Shown here in pieces: positions 1 to 10,430 of a stretch of 64,000 nucleotides of DNA. This DNA comes from a virus. The stretch is from IMG/VR virus record IMGVR_UViG_3300044729_002678, positions 97,619-161,618 of that record, one strand, 5' to 3'. Below the pieces are notes generated by a model that saw only the letters and a program-made list of their open reading frames with translations, was not told the DNA's origin and made no database searches. Position numbers and translations under genes: made by a program. Each line of letters opens with the position of its first letter. Positions within the stretch are counted from its first letter, which is position 1.

Positions 1-1812
1 ATTTTGATTCAATATGTTTAATTGAGATTCTAATTCAACTTTTTCAGATTCCAATTTAGAAATAGAACCTGTCATAGCTTGAACATTCAATTCAGCAGAT
101 GATAATTTTGTTGGAAAATCTTGTCCCTTATAATCTTTCAATAGGGTTGATAATTCTTTTATTTCTTCACTTGCCACAGAATATAACTGCTCAAACACAT
201 CCATATCCAAAAATTGAGCAAGTAGTTCTTTTCTTTCTTTCTGCGATTTATCAATAAAACCTGAATTATTAAATTGAGTAGAAAGAGCAGTCAATATAAA
301 ATCATCATATGTTCCCACATACTGCCTGATAACCGAGTTTGTATCCCTTCTTTCATCACCATTCAAACTTTCAATATCACCAGCATCATTGTAAGTATAA
401 AACTGAGTATCAACTTTTACAGTTCCTTTTTTTGTAGATTTATTTGCTTTTCTTTCAATAACATAATCCCTCCCATTCAACTCGAAAATAAACTTACAAT
501 AAAAGTTGTTTTTAGAATAATTCATTACATCAACTGCTTTTGATGTCCTCGAACACTTATCAAAAATACAAAAAGATAAAGCATCCCACAAAGATGATTT
601 ACCACTTGCGTTTGGCGCAAAGACACCATACGCACCTTTCATATTTTGAAAGTTTATATAGTTATCTTCACCATACGAAAACATATTTGAGAACTCAAAT
701 ACCTTTGGTATCCAAACCGAACTTCTTATTGAATATGGATTTACAATTTTTGAGTTTATATCAGCGTTAATACTCTTTACAACTTCCAATGTTTCAGTAT
801 CAATTCCAAATTTTGATATTAAATAATCTTCCAACAATTTGTTTTGAAAACCAACATCTCTGACATTGTATAAAGTTATTTGCTCTCTTTTACCAACATC
901 ATTCGTAGATAATACTTTTTGAATACTTAATTCTTCTACTTCGTATTTCTTTTTTAATTGTGTTATAATCTTATTTAATTGGGTTGTTGTAGTATCTTTT
1001 ACCCGCAACCTTAATCTGGGTTTTGGTGGAATGTATCCATTTGTAGTTATTTTACCACCATCAATATCTATCGTTCCATACCCATACGCATTCTCAATAT
1101 GAACGAATGTAGAGGACTTTGTTTGTATATCCCATACCAATATACCATGTTCAGGATAAATTGATTCTGAGTGGTTCTGTGAAATCAGGGAGCCTGGATA
1201 TTTTATTGTATGCACTCCCCCAACCGAATTGTTGGGAACGTGGATATCCCCCAAAAGAACTAAGTCATATCCATTAAAAGATTCTACCGTAACTTTTTTA
1301 TTATCAATTTTAAAACCATGTTCGGTTTGTATTCCATCAACCGGCCCATGAAATAAACCTATCTTAAATTCACCATCAACATCTGAGCTGGGTATAAATC
1401 CATCCGAACCATCAAAAACGGATTTGTGTACAAAAGTAACACCACCAAATTCAAATATTGTTGTGTTTTTATAGTAATGTAAATTTGGGTGATTTAAAGC
1501 TTGGACAATTGGTGAAAGAGCATCTAATCGTGAAGGATTATTTAAGTTTGCATCATGATTACCAGGAATCAAAATTGTAGGCATGATATCAGATAAACTT
1601 CTTAAAAAGTTTTGCGTCATATCAACTACTTCAGGTGTCATATCAGTTTTAGCATGAACAATATCGCCTGCAAGAAGGATAATTGAATCATCATCCCTTA
1701 CCGATTTTAGATAATCATATAAACGATTAAACACCAAACTATATTCTTTATGCCTTTTTAAATTTCGGATATGAATATCTGCTATGTGATAAATCTTATT
1801 TAACTTCTTCAT
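1..1812 (-). CDS. Mre11/SbcD nuclease fused to Rad50/SbcC ATPase (T4 gp47+gp46-like); runs off the window start
   Basis: Not in the ORF track because there is no stop in the window. Manual translation from ATG 1812 gives MKKLNKIYHIADIH...LAGDIVH...PGNHD...LFHG...LGDIH (metallophosphoesterase motifs), continuing in frame to FEFSNMFSYGE...GVFAPNASGKSSLWDAL (SMC-type Walker A). Confidence 0.9.
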   Translation of the reverse strand, partial: MKKLNKIYHIADIHIRNLKRHKEYSLVFNRLYDYLKSVRDDDSIILLAGDIVHAKTDMTPEVVDMTQNFLRSLSDIMPTILIPGNHDANLNNPSRLDALSPIVQALNHPNLHYYKNTTIFEFGGVTFVHKSVFDGSDGFIPSSDVDGEFKIGLFHGPVDGIQTEHGFKIDNKKVTVESFNGYDLVLLGDIHVPNNSVGGVHTIKYPGSLISQNHSESIYPEHGILVWDIQTKSSTFVHIENAYGYGTIDIDGGKITTNGYIPPKPRLRLRVKDTTTTQLNKIITQLKKKYEVEELSIQKVLSTNDVGKREQITLYNVRDVGFQNKLLEDYLISKFGIDTETLEVVKSINADINSKIVNPYSIRSSVWIPKVFEFSNMFSYGEDNYINFQNMKGAYGVFAPNASGKSSLWDALSFCIFDKCSRTSKAVDVMNYSKNNFYCKFIFELNGRDYVIERKANKSTKKGTVKVDTQFYTYNDAGDIESLNGDERRDTNSVIRQYVGTYDDFILTALSTQFNNSGFIDKSQKERKELLAQFLDMDVFEQLYSVASEEIKELSTLLKDYKGQDFPTKLSSAELNVQAMTGSISKLESEKVELESQLNILNQN

Positions 1813-2744
1813 TTTCTCCCAAACATTTTGTGTTCAACCAACTTTAATAAATCAAGCGGAGGTGTATTATATATTTTAGTGTTTATTTTGTCATACCCCA
1901 ATTCAGATGCATCTTCTTTATCCAAATCAACCAAATGTGATTGAATACCAAATCCCATAAGTTTTTCACACAACTGAATAGAATTTTGGATAGCATCTTT
2001 ATCAAGACACACATACACTTTGGATACTTTTTTATCTAATATCTTTTTTTCTAACTTTTGCGGAATGGTTTTACCAAAAATTGGTATTGCGTTCCTACGA
2101 ATAGAGATAGCATCAAAGACACCCTCACAAATTACAATTGCTTCATTCCAATTTATAAATAAATCAAAACCAATAATATCTTTTGATACTTTTGGGTTCT
2201 TATGCTTTTGTGGTGTATCGTAAAAAGCCCTACTGACAAAGTAATTTAATATACCCTCCGAATCATAGGATGGAATTATTATCCTATTAGAATATACACC
2301 CTCTTCACAATAACCTATATTGTATTTAACAATATCACCAGGTCTTATACCCCGTCCCAAAACATAATTAAGAGCATGATTATAAATTGGTGATTTTCTA
2401 TTTTCCCATAATGGATGAAACTCTTTTGGCAATTCCACCCTTTCTATAACATCATTATATTCCCTCTGAGTTACAAATCTATCAACTTTACTTAAAATAG
2501 AGTTGTGTTCATCCCAAACCTCTTTTGATACACCCAGCTTCTTAAAAAGAGAACGGATTGTTTTTCCTTTCTCGTCTGAAATCCAACAGTGCCAACGATT
2601 TTCACCATTTTGGGTTTTAATATTTATTTCAAGCTTTGGTTTATAGTGGTCTGTAAATGGTGAGTAAAAAGCATAATTATCCCCAGTAGTTTTTTTACTC
2701 TTTCCCAATACCCGTTCTAAAAGCTCAAGCAGTCTTTCTTCCAT
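1809..2744 (-). CDS. DNA primase (DnaG-like, TOPRIM)
   Basis: Degenerate N-terminal Zn-binding region (YSPFTDH...WHCW), RIIIP motif, TOPRIM ICEGVFDA and VCLDKDA. Confidence 0.88.
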   Translation of the reverse strand: MEERLLELLERVLGKSKKTTGDNYAFYSPFTDHYKPKLEINIKTQNGENRWHCWISDEKGKTIRSLFKKLGVSKEVWDEHNSILSKVDRFVTQREYNDVIERVELPKEFHPLWENRKSPIYNHALNYVLGRGIRPGDIVKYNIGYCEEGVYSNRIIIPSYDSEGILNYFVSRAFYDTPQKHKNPKVSKDIIGFDLFINWNEAIVICEGVFDAISIRRNAIPIFGKTIPQKLEKKILDKKVSKVYVCLDKDAIQNSIQLCEKLMGFGIQSHLVDLDKEDASELGYDKINTKIYNTPPLDLLKLVEHKMFGRK

Positions 2745-3345
2745 AACCCCTTAAATCATATGTATAAATATGTTTCGGTAAATTAGTAATTATTTTTACA
2801 CCGGAATCACCAGCTTTATATCTCTTGTTTATTTCAACACCATACGGCCTATCCAACATAGAAAGTGTTCTAATGTGAAATGATTTTCCATCAACCTCCA
2901 AAGATTTTGATGGGGATGTTTCACCTAAATAATTAAAATTAGAAGCCCGATATATAACACCACTATGCCCTTGATTTTGGTCTGCGTAACTTATAATATA
3001 TTCCCAATCCGTATTTTTCTTTAACCACTTAATTGTTTTGGATATAAAATAGGACTCTGCGTTTTTGGGTGTATCATCAACCAAACACAATCTTCGTAAC
3101 TCCAATACCTTATCAGGACGAGTGGGGTGATAAGTCTGCCCAGCAGTTGGGCCGGCAGGACGGGTGTAAATGCAGACACCAATTATTTCAGGCATTCCAA
3201 AATTTCCTTCACGCAATAAAATAAAAGCGTGTTTTGTTTGTATATTGACATAATCCGAGTAGTGCCATCTTTTCAAGAAAGCACGAATGTTAGAATTAAA
3301 TGTAGTATGCTCTACTGCGTATGTTTTTATTATACCCATTCCCAC
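2725..3345 (-). CDS. Mom-family (GNAT-fold) DNA base modification protein
   Basis: LELRRLCL...KNAESYFIS...IISYADQNQGHSGVIYRASNF.YLG resembles phage Mu Mom-like proteins. Confidence 0.75.
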   Translation of the reverse strand: MGMGIIKTYAVEHTTFNSNIRAFLKRWHYSDYVNIQTKHAFILLREGNFGMPEIIGVCIYTRPAGPTAGQTYHPTRPDKVLELRRLCLVDDTPKNAESYFISKTIKWLKKNTDWEYIISYADQNQGHSGVIYRASNFNYLGETSPSKSLEVDGKSFHIRTLSMLDRPYGVEINKRYKAGDSGVKIITNLPKHIYTYDLRGYGRKTA

Positions 3346-3368
3346 ACAATATACAACAGAAAATCTAA

Positions 3369-3788
3369 TTATCCAAATAAAAATGATTTTGGTTCTTCAT
3401 TTATCCACTCTTGTGGTATATCTTTATTAGACCACTTAAATCCATTTTTATCTGCCCACATTCCATATGTAGTTTTTGATTTTTTAGTTAATTTTGCGTT
3501 TGGGTTCTGAAATACAAATCTAATATCTAAATCAGGTTTTTGCTGTTTTATCAAAAGATGTTTTTTTCTATCTTCTAATGTGAATCTTCCTTTTGTTTCC
3601 ACGAATATTCCGTTTGGTAATCTAAAATCAGGCTTATATGTGTGATTTGTAGCAGGTTTAGTATATTGTATTTGATGCTTTTCATATTCACCATCAATAC
3701 CCTTACTTTTTAATTCATCCGAAACTTTATCCTCAAGACCGGAGCGATGCCCCTTAGTCCTTTGGATATGACCCCAATTTTTTCCCAT
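3369..3788 (-). CDS. Holliday junction resolvase, T7 endonuclease I-like
   Basis: RSGLEDKV...YKPDFRLPNGIFVETKGRF...DIRFVF. Confidence 0.9.
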   Translation of the reverse strand: MGKNWGHIQRTKGHRSGLEDKVSDELKSKGIDGEYEKHQIQYTKPATNHTYKPDFRLPNGIFVETKGRFTLEDRKKHLLIKQQKPDLDIRFVFQNPNAKLTKKSKTTYGMWADKNGFKWSNKDIPQEWINEEPKSFLFG

Positions 3789-3790
3789 AA

Positions 3791-4675
3791 CTAATCTATA
3801 TCAAACTTCACATTTATAAATAAATCCGTAATTACACTTTTCTTTAAAGGTGCACCTAATTTAGCAACAGCCATCATTTCATCGTTATCATTATATAATC
3901 CAATCGTTGTAATATATGGAGAAAATACGGATGATGTTGTAAACCCTGCTCTACTTCCAAAAGAACCACTAACTAATGATGTTGGGTGAGTAGATACATT
4001 AAACTCATCTTTACCAATATGACAGGTTATATTTGTTTCATCAATTGTTTTTGTTGCTTTATAATTTAAAACAAACCCACGATTTGATGTGTAATCCCAT
4101 TCACCATTACCCAAAAAAGTGTTTTGATTAATTGATGAGGTGTTAGTCATTACAATCAAACCCTCCCTATAAAAAATATAACCATATGTTGCTGATGATG
4201 ATACAATAGTTCCAAAATTAGAATCTATTTTAGAATCGGTATAATATCTAAAATCGGTGGATGAACCATAATAATTTGTTATATTAACTGATTTAGGTTT
4301 TATTTCATACCCAAACTTATAAACAGGAACTGATAAAATTGATGCTGTTGGGTGTAGTGTTAATCTTGAATCATCTGCAAAATGCGTTTGATACAAGCTT
4401 CTCCATAAAGTTTTTTGATAAATACCACTCAAACCATCATAGGTAGAACTTTGTGTTAAATCGGTAGAGGTAAATTCAAACGCACCACTAACATGCGGTT
4501 TAATAGCTCTTAGGGTTGAAATACCAAACGATGTATAATGATTTGAATCGGTTACTTCATACCTTTTATGTGCAATAAATTCTCTTTCTTGAGAAAATAA
4601 TTGATTTATTCTTTTAAACCCAACATTAATGGTTTCGGAATTACTTCCTCTTAATACAATTTTTTGTTCTGCCAT
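3791..4675 (-). CDS. Virion/baseplate-associated structural protein
   Basis: C-terminal YITTIGLYNDNDEMMAVAKL motif shared with the adjacent ORF; lies in the structural module. Confidence 0.6.
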   Translation of the reverse strand: MAEQKIVLRGSNSETINVGFKRINQLFSQEREFIAHKRYEVTDSNHYTSFGISTLRAIKPHVSGAFEFTSTDLTQSSTYDGLSGIYQKTLWRSLYQTHFADDSRLTLHPTASILSVPVYKFGYEIKPKSVNITNYYGSSTDFRYYTDSKIDSNFGTIVSSSATYGYIFYREGLIVMTNTSSINQNTFLGNGEWDYTSNRGFVLNYKATKTIDETNITCHIGKDEFNVSTHPTSLVSGSFGSRAGFTTSSVFSPYITTIGLYNDNDEMMAVAKLGAPLKKSVITDLFINVKFDID

Positions 4676-4688
4676 TAATTATCATTGT

Positions 4689-5765
4689 TTAGAAATCTAA
4701 TTTTACTTTTAAAAGAATTTCATTAGCATATGATTTCAAAATAGGTTGTGATAATTTTGCAACCGCTAACATTTCATTTGTATTATTATACAAGCCAATT
4801 GTTGTAATGTATGATTTTGGGTCATTTACAAAAGTTGGTTGTGATAGTGTATATCCCCCATTTGCGGAAGATGTTACATACGATGGGTTATTACTAAAAT
4901 TAAATTTACTGTTTCTTACTCTTAAAAAGTAATATGTGGATTTAACTTCTTCTTCATTTCTGGCTTTAAAAGCGTTGTTTGTAGAATCAACAGCAGCCGA
5001 CCTACTGATAGCAGAGAATAACTTAAATGAATTGTTTCCATTGTTATTTGATGATGTGTCTGTTCCCAATGAGGCAGATGCATCAAGCGCAGTGCCTGAT
5101 AAAACAATTACCCCTCTTTGTGGATAAACCCGTCCATATGTTAGTGTAGAAGCTACCGTATTAACCCCTGTTGCCAATGAACCTGATACAACATTGTAAT
5201 ATTCTTGTTCAGCCGATGATAACTGTGTTACATCCGCTGAATCATCTATCAATTTTATTTGCTTACCAGAACCACTTATTGTTAATTCCCAATTACCTCT
5301 ATCCAATTTATCTTTTAATCTACTTCTTTTGAAATTAACGATGTATATAGAATTTTCATCACCAACGCCTGTAAAATTAAATTTAACAGTTGATGATGGT
5401 AATAAGGTTTGTTGATATTGTGCGTAAATAGCACGAGATGGTGAATCTGCAAAACCTATACCCGCAGCAGTAGAACCCAAAGAACCACTACCGAGAGCAT
5501 GGCCGTATGCTATTGAAAATTGAACCTCTCTCGTCGAATCAGTCCCAACTTTATCATAAACATCATAGTAATAATTACCCGAAGAAGCGCTTTGTGCAGA
5601 AGAGGTAAAAAATGTTGCTAATGATGCTGCATTACCACTAAACAACCCACGCGTTACTCGTTGTGAATCATCCTGATAAATATCATCTGCTATTATTTGT
5701 TCAAATGTAAATAATGAACCAGCACTAGCACTTGAGCTTCCTAATTGTATTGTTTTAGTTGCCAT
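4689..5765 (-). CDS. Virion/baseplate-associated structural protein
   Basis: Ser/Thr-rich; C-terminal YITTIGLYNNTNEMLAVAKLSQP, paralogous to 3791..4675. Confidence 0.6.
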   Translation of the reverse strand: MATKTIQLGSSSASAGSLFTFEQIIADDIYQDDSQRVTRGLFSGNAASLATFFTSSAQSASSGNYYYDVYDKVGTDSTREVQFSIAYGHALGSGSLGSTAAGIGFADSPSRAIYAQYQQTLLPSSTVKFNFTGVGDENSIYIVNFKRSRLKDKLDRGNWELTISGSGKQIKLIDDSADVTQLSSAEQEYYNVVSGSLATGVNTVASTLTYGRVYPQRGVIVLSGTALDASASLGTDTSSNNNGNNSFKLFSAISRSAAVDSTNNAFKARNEEEVKSTYYFLRVRNSKFNFSNNPSYVTSSANGGYTLSQPTFVNDPKSYITTIGLYNNTNEMLAVAKLSQPILKSYANEILLKVKLDF

Positions 5766-5788
5766 TTATATATTCCTATTTTTTTATA

Positions 5789-6391
5789 TTAAATACCTCT
5801 AACAGTTGTGGCTTGTGTTGTTGTTGATGTAACAGTTGGTGTAACCGTTACATTTATATCAACTCTACCACCAGTTACATTACCAACAACAATTATTTTT
5901 GTTGATTGTGTTGTTTCAGGTATCAATTTATTAACAGCCGTAAATCGGAAACTTTCATTATTAATAACTTCAATAGTCCCCAATGTATCATCCAACAATG
6001 TTACAGTGTAAGGTTGTAAATCACCACTAATAGTAAAGATAACCGAACCACCCGCTGCTGGTAACACACTTTGTTGTGGAACACTTATACTAGCCGGCGT
6101 AACAGAAAAAATTGGAACGGATGTTGCGTTCTTTGGTAAAGTTAATAATTTATATCTTAACGCAAAATTTTCATCGGTAATTGCTTCTAAAACAGGCATA
6201 TTCTCAATTATCTCACCATAGTAATCCGAACCCAATGAGTGTGCGGTATTCCATAGTGTATAATCAACTTCATCATCACCCAAAGCGAATTTGGTAATTT
6301 CAAAGTTTCCACGGCCGGATGCTAAATACTCTCTACCTTTTTTTGTTAATATAGCATCAACAGTTACCGATGTATTATCTAAATATCCCAT
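5789..6391 (-). CDS. Virion structural protein (tail-collar-like N-terminus)
   Basis: DAILTKKGREYLA...FEITKFALGDDEVDY motif; structural context. Confidence 0.55.
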   Translation of the reverse strand: MGYLDNTSVTVDAILTKKGREYLASGRGNFEITKFALGDDEVDYTLWNTAHSLGSDYYGEIIENMPVLEAITDENFALRYKLLTLPKNATSVPIFSVTPASISVPQQSVLPAAGGSVIFTISGDLQPYTVTLLDDTLGTIEVINNESFRFTAVNKLIPETTQSTKIIVVGNVTGGRVDINVTVTPTVTSTTTQATTVRGI

Positions 6392-6449
6392 ATAATTTCC
6401 TACTTTTATTTCTTATAAATATAGATTTTTTAAATTTAATTCCAATTAG

Positions 6450-9400
6450 TTACACAATTAATCTACCAGCGGAGGCTGCGCCAGTTGTAATTGGTATTGT
6501 TGTTGTTGTGGGTGTAGATACTGTCGCATCTTGTACCGATACATTTTGTGGTGCTACTCCCAATACAAATGGGTCTGCTGTAAATATTTCTACACTTGAT
6601 TTTCCATCAATTGATGTTACCCCACTATTACAACCATTAAATCTTAGATTTTGCAAGCTTGCAGGCAATTCATCGGTTTGAGTTGGTGCGGGTACTAATG
6701 ATGATGAATAATAATTACCAATTGATGCTGATAATGAAGATGAATAAAAATATTGTGTTGTATTTGCGGTCATAGATAATCTTTGACCCATAATAGAACT
6801 AGTGGCTGAATAATTCCAGTAACCATTTGTGGTTGTTAAAGAATATACCCCACTACTTGCTGAAAGAATTGGCGTTGTGTATTGATATGTTGATTGTAAA
6901 TGAGCATCTTTCCAGTCTATATCCGCTAAATAATCATTCTTACTTCCAACTATACTTTGTGGCAGTAAACTAATATTAGCTAAGTAATCATTTTGGGTGT
7001 GTGATATTTTATCACCCCTTTTATATTTGTTTCTTTCCAATATGTGTGGTTCTAACAATACACCACCAATGTATTCGTTTCTAGCAGGTATTAATTGTTT
7101 AACTTGCTCAAATATACTATGGTCATATATAGAAAGCATTTTCAACAACAACCCAATAGCAGTTCCCCTTTTTTGAGCAGAACCTGATGCCGCCGTTAAA
7201 TTAACATATTTATCAAAATATTTTGTAGCCCTATATCTTAATTGCGGATAATCTTCATTGAATCTATCATCTGGGTCTCCAACCCAATCATCTACCTCAA
7301 AATATCCCTCTGAATTATATATATCATTATTCACAACATCAGTTGAACTAAAATACAACGCTACTAAATTTGAATCAAATGGAGCGTAATCATATTGAGA
7401 TACTTCCGCTGTTTTATCAACATCCAATGATGAACTTAAAACTGAAGATTCAATTCTTACTTTGTTGTTATTTAAATTCAACGCACCAACAGATGGTATT
7501 TTTGTAAATTGAGTATCAACCTCACCAACTAAATCAGATGATATGTGATTTGGTAATGATGCGGTTAATGGTGAACCTCCAGAGGTTGTTTTAAAAAATT
7601 GATTAGGATGTGATGATGATATCGTAGTTGGTAATGATGTAAACCCACTATCAGGAAATATTCTATAAACCAAATTTTTATATGAAAATGTGCTGTTTAA
7701 ATCAGTTGTATTATCATCCGAAAAATATGCTTCAGTATTCTTTGCATGCTCTTCAAATATTTCTTGTGAAAGCGATGATGAATAATATCTTATTTCTTGA
7801 ATTGATGCGGTTGCTGGCATCCCAAACGTAGAGGACCCAATAATAAATTGAGTTGAATTATTAAATATAGCTGTAGAATCACCAGTAGTAGATGTGGCTG
7901 ATAAAGATGCAAGTACATTTCCAAAATCATCTTTAAATGCTGCGTAAATTGTTGTTGAATTATTTGAATTATTTAAAACTATGCCAAAAGAACCATCTCT
8001 TCTACTTTTATAATTCATATAAGATGAACTCATTATTAGTGAGGCGCCGTGTTTTCCAAGTATTCTAGCTTGGCCACCGGAATAGTTCCATTCAAAAACT
8101 ATATCAGTTGCACCCCCAGTTAATCTACCTATTGTAAAATCACCCAACGGCATTTTACCAATTACTTCAATTGAATTAGGTCTACTACCATTAATAGTTC
8201 CAAATGGATTTCTTATTGTTTTAGAATCAGTTGTTTCTACTTTATATATAAATCTTTCCGATTCATATATATTGGGTTCATCAACAACTTTCGGTCCGCC
8301 GAACTCCCGTATTTTCAAAAGCGTTTCAGGTATACCATAACACGATAAAAGGGCTTTAATAGAACGGGCTGTTCCCTTTGATTTGTAAATATATGGTAAG
8401 TTATTTAATATTCTACGCCAAACCTCTGCTCTTATTTTTTGTTTTGGTTTTGTTTCCAATCCGCCAATCGTTGTTGAACGATTTCCAGATGTATCAGTTC
8501 CTAAAACATATTCCCATAAATTAGCTTGCCCCCAACCATTGGATAAATTCCACCCCATTGATTTTGCAACATCGTATAATAATTCATCCGACATACCATC
8601 ATTTGGATGTTCCTCTCGCTTATTAATGTTTGTTAATGATTCAACATATGTCCATAAAATGTCAAAATGCTGTCCAATCATATTAACAAATAATAAATAA
8701 TCTTGGTTTAACGGGTCCTCTTTTAATGAAATCGGAATTAAATTTATAAGAGCAGATTCATTCTGCGAATCATATAATGATGCTGAACTATAAACTCCTT
8801 CATACCAACTTTCGGCTTGTGAGCTAGTTGTTGGGTAAAATACAATTGGATATGTGGATTGTTTTGGATAAGGTACAATCGTATTTGTTGATGTTGAATA
8901 ATGGGTGTATAATGAAGCGCTTACACTTTCATACATCCATTTTTCAAATCCATCAAAACCACCAATTAAAGTATCTCTACGAGAGATTGATTGAGATATG
9001 TTTGTTAATGCATGAGAACCTGAAACTTGTTGTAGTGTTTGTATTCTAGCATTATATGTTTCAATTGTTTGTAATTTGTAAAAAAAATTATCAACTCTTT
9101 CGGTTGCGGATGAATAATGAACAAACTTAGAAAAATCAGAATAATCTATGTTTAATTTTATGTTTCCAAAAGAACCGCTGAAATATGAATCTATTATTTG
9201 CTGCGATGTTGGTAAATTTGCGCCCAATAAATCATTCCATGTTTGAAAATCAGTTCCATCAGATTTACCGAATTTATCTAATTCAATATTAAAGTTTGGT
9301 TCTAGAACTTGTTCGGGTTCTACTTCACTAAATTGATTATAAACTATAATTTTTTCAACATAAGATTTCTGCAATCTTCCATCAATAGAAAACCTATCAC

Positions 9401-10079
9401 CAATGTTTATAGTATCGCTGATTGGTGTTACTAATTTTATATAAACCTCGCTTATAAAATCATCATCGCTTCCGTTAAGGTCGCCAATAAACTTTATACT
9501 AGCGACATCAGATATATTATTATTACCAAAATTTAAAATGAATTCAGGCCTATTTTTTGTAAAAATATAATTACTATCGCTTTGAACCCCACTTTGAATT
9601 TCTTTTATTAAATACATTGGTGGATTTTGCAATATACCATTGGCTTTTATTTCGGTTCTATCAGAAGAAATTTCCCCTATTGTTATATTGTTTGTATCCA
9701 ACCCACCAAAAAAATTGTATAATGGATTATAAACAAGTGTATATACCCCAAAATCAAACCCAGCCTCTCTAATATCTTTTTCAGGAGAAAATGCAAACGA
9801 AGTATTTTGTGTTTGTATAAATTTTTTATCGTAAACCGATTTTAATAAATTATTTTCAGTATCGTATATATGTAATTCCAAAGAAGCCGGTATTTCAAAG
9901 GAAATAGGAAATGTTGAAAAGTTATCAGTTTTTTGTTTAAGTCTTAATTTAAGGAGGCTATCATCAGGTGATAGTTTTAAATTATAGGAATTAATTTTAG
10001 TAGCTTGCGCAAAAGTTTCACCATACACCGGTTTGGTATCTAAAACTTCATTTACATTTACAAATCTATCTAAAGACAT
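6450..10079 (-). CDS. Large baseplate wedge-like protein (gp7/P2 gpI-like region)
   Basis: 1209 aa with LPYIYKSKGTARSIKALLSCYG motif typical of gpI/gp7-like wedge proteins; near the gp6/gp25-like genes. Confidence 0.6.
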   Translation of the reverse strand: MSLDRFVNVNEVLDTKPVYGETFAQATKINSYNLKLSPDDSLLKLRLKQKTDNFSTFPISFEIPASLELHIYDTENNLLKSVYDKKFIQTQNTSFAFSPEKDIREAGFDFGVYTLVYNPLYNFFGGLDTNNITIGEISSDRTEIKANGILQNPPMYLIKEIQSGVQSDSNYIFTKNRPEFILNFGNNNISDVASIKFIGDLNGSDDDFISEVYIKLVTPISDTINIGDRFSIDGRLQKSYVEKIIVYNQFSEVEPEQVLEPNFNIELDKFGKSDGTDFQTWNDLLGANLPTSQQIIDSYFSGSFGNIKLNIDYSDFSKFVHYSSATERVDNFFYKLQTIETYNARIQTLQQVSGSHALTNISQSISRRDTLIGGFDGFEKWMYESVSASLYTHYSTSTNTIVPYPKQSTYPIVFYPTTSSQAESWYEGVYSSASLYDSQNESALINLIPISLKEDPLNQDYLLFVNMIGQHFDILWTYVESLTNINKREEHPNDGMSDELLYDVAKSMGWNLSNGWGQANLWEYVLGTDTSGNRSTTIGGLETKPKQKIRAEVWRRILNNLPYIYKSKGTARSIKALLSCYGIPETLLKIREFGGPKVVDEPNIYESERFIYKVETTDSKTIRNPFGTINGSRPNSIEVIGKMPLGDFTIGRLTGGATDIVFEWNYSGGQARILGKHGASLIMSSSYMNYKSRRDGSFGIVLNNSNNSTTIYAAFKDDFGNVLASLSATSTTGDSTAIFNNSTQFIIGSSTFGMPATASIQEIRYYSSSLSQEIFEEHAKNTEAYFSDDNTTDLNSTFSYKNLVYRIFPDSGFTSLPTTISSSHPNQFFKTTSGGSPLTASLPNHISSDLVGEVDTQFTKIPSVGALNLNNNKVRIESSVLSSSLDVDKTAEVSQYDYAPFDSNLVALYFSSTDVVNNDIYNSEGYFEVDDWVGDPDDRFNEDYPQLRYRATKYFDKYVNLTAASGSAQKRGTAIGLLLKMLSIYDHSIFEQVKQLIPARNEYIGGVLLEPHILERNKYKRGDKISHTQNDYLANISLLPQSIVGSKNDYLADIDWKDAHLQSTYQYTTPILSASSGVYSLTTTNGYWNYSATSSIMGQRLSMTANTTQYFYSSSLSASIGNYYSSSLVPAPTQTDELPASLQNLRFNGCNSGVTSIDGKSSVEIFTADPFVLGVAPQNVSVQDATVSTPTTTTIPITTGAASAGRLIV

Positions 10080-10103
10080 ATTCTATTTCTTTCTGATTAG
10101 AAA

Positions 10104-10430
10104 TTATTGCATTTCAATAGGGTTATTACCTAACGATGGGTCATTTGTTATTATACCACCACCACCAATACTATTATTGGTAGTAGAAGTTGTAGGAGTG
10201 GTAGTCTGATTATTTTGGTTATTACCTAATATCTGAAAAAACTCAGTACTTCCCGAAATAATTTCCGGCGAAACATCTTCAACATTTGTTGGGATAATTT
10301 GTAAAAAAGAAAGATTTTCAAATTTTCTAACAAAATTATTCAACTCAATTACACCATAAGTATCATTTGAATCTGATAATGAATATGATAGAATTCTTCC
10401 TTGATTGTTTCTTTTTATTTCTCTTTCCAT
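10104..10430 (-). CDS. Hypothetical structural-module protein
   Basis: ORF abutting 10430..11524. Confidence 0.5.
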   Translation of the reverse strand: MEREIKRNNQGRILSYSLSDSNDTYGVIELNNFVRKFENLSFLQIIPTNVEDVSPEIISGSTEFFQILGNNQNNQTTTPTTSTTNNSIGGGGIITNDPSLGNNPIEMQ

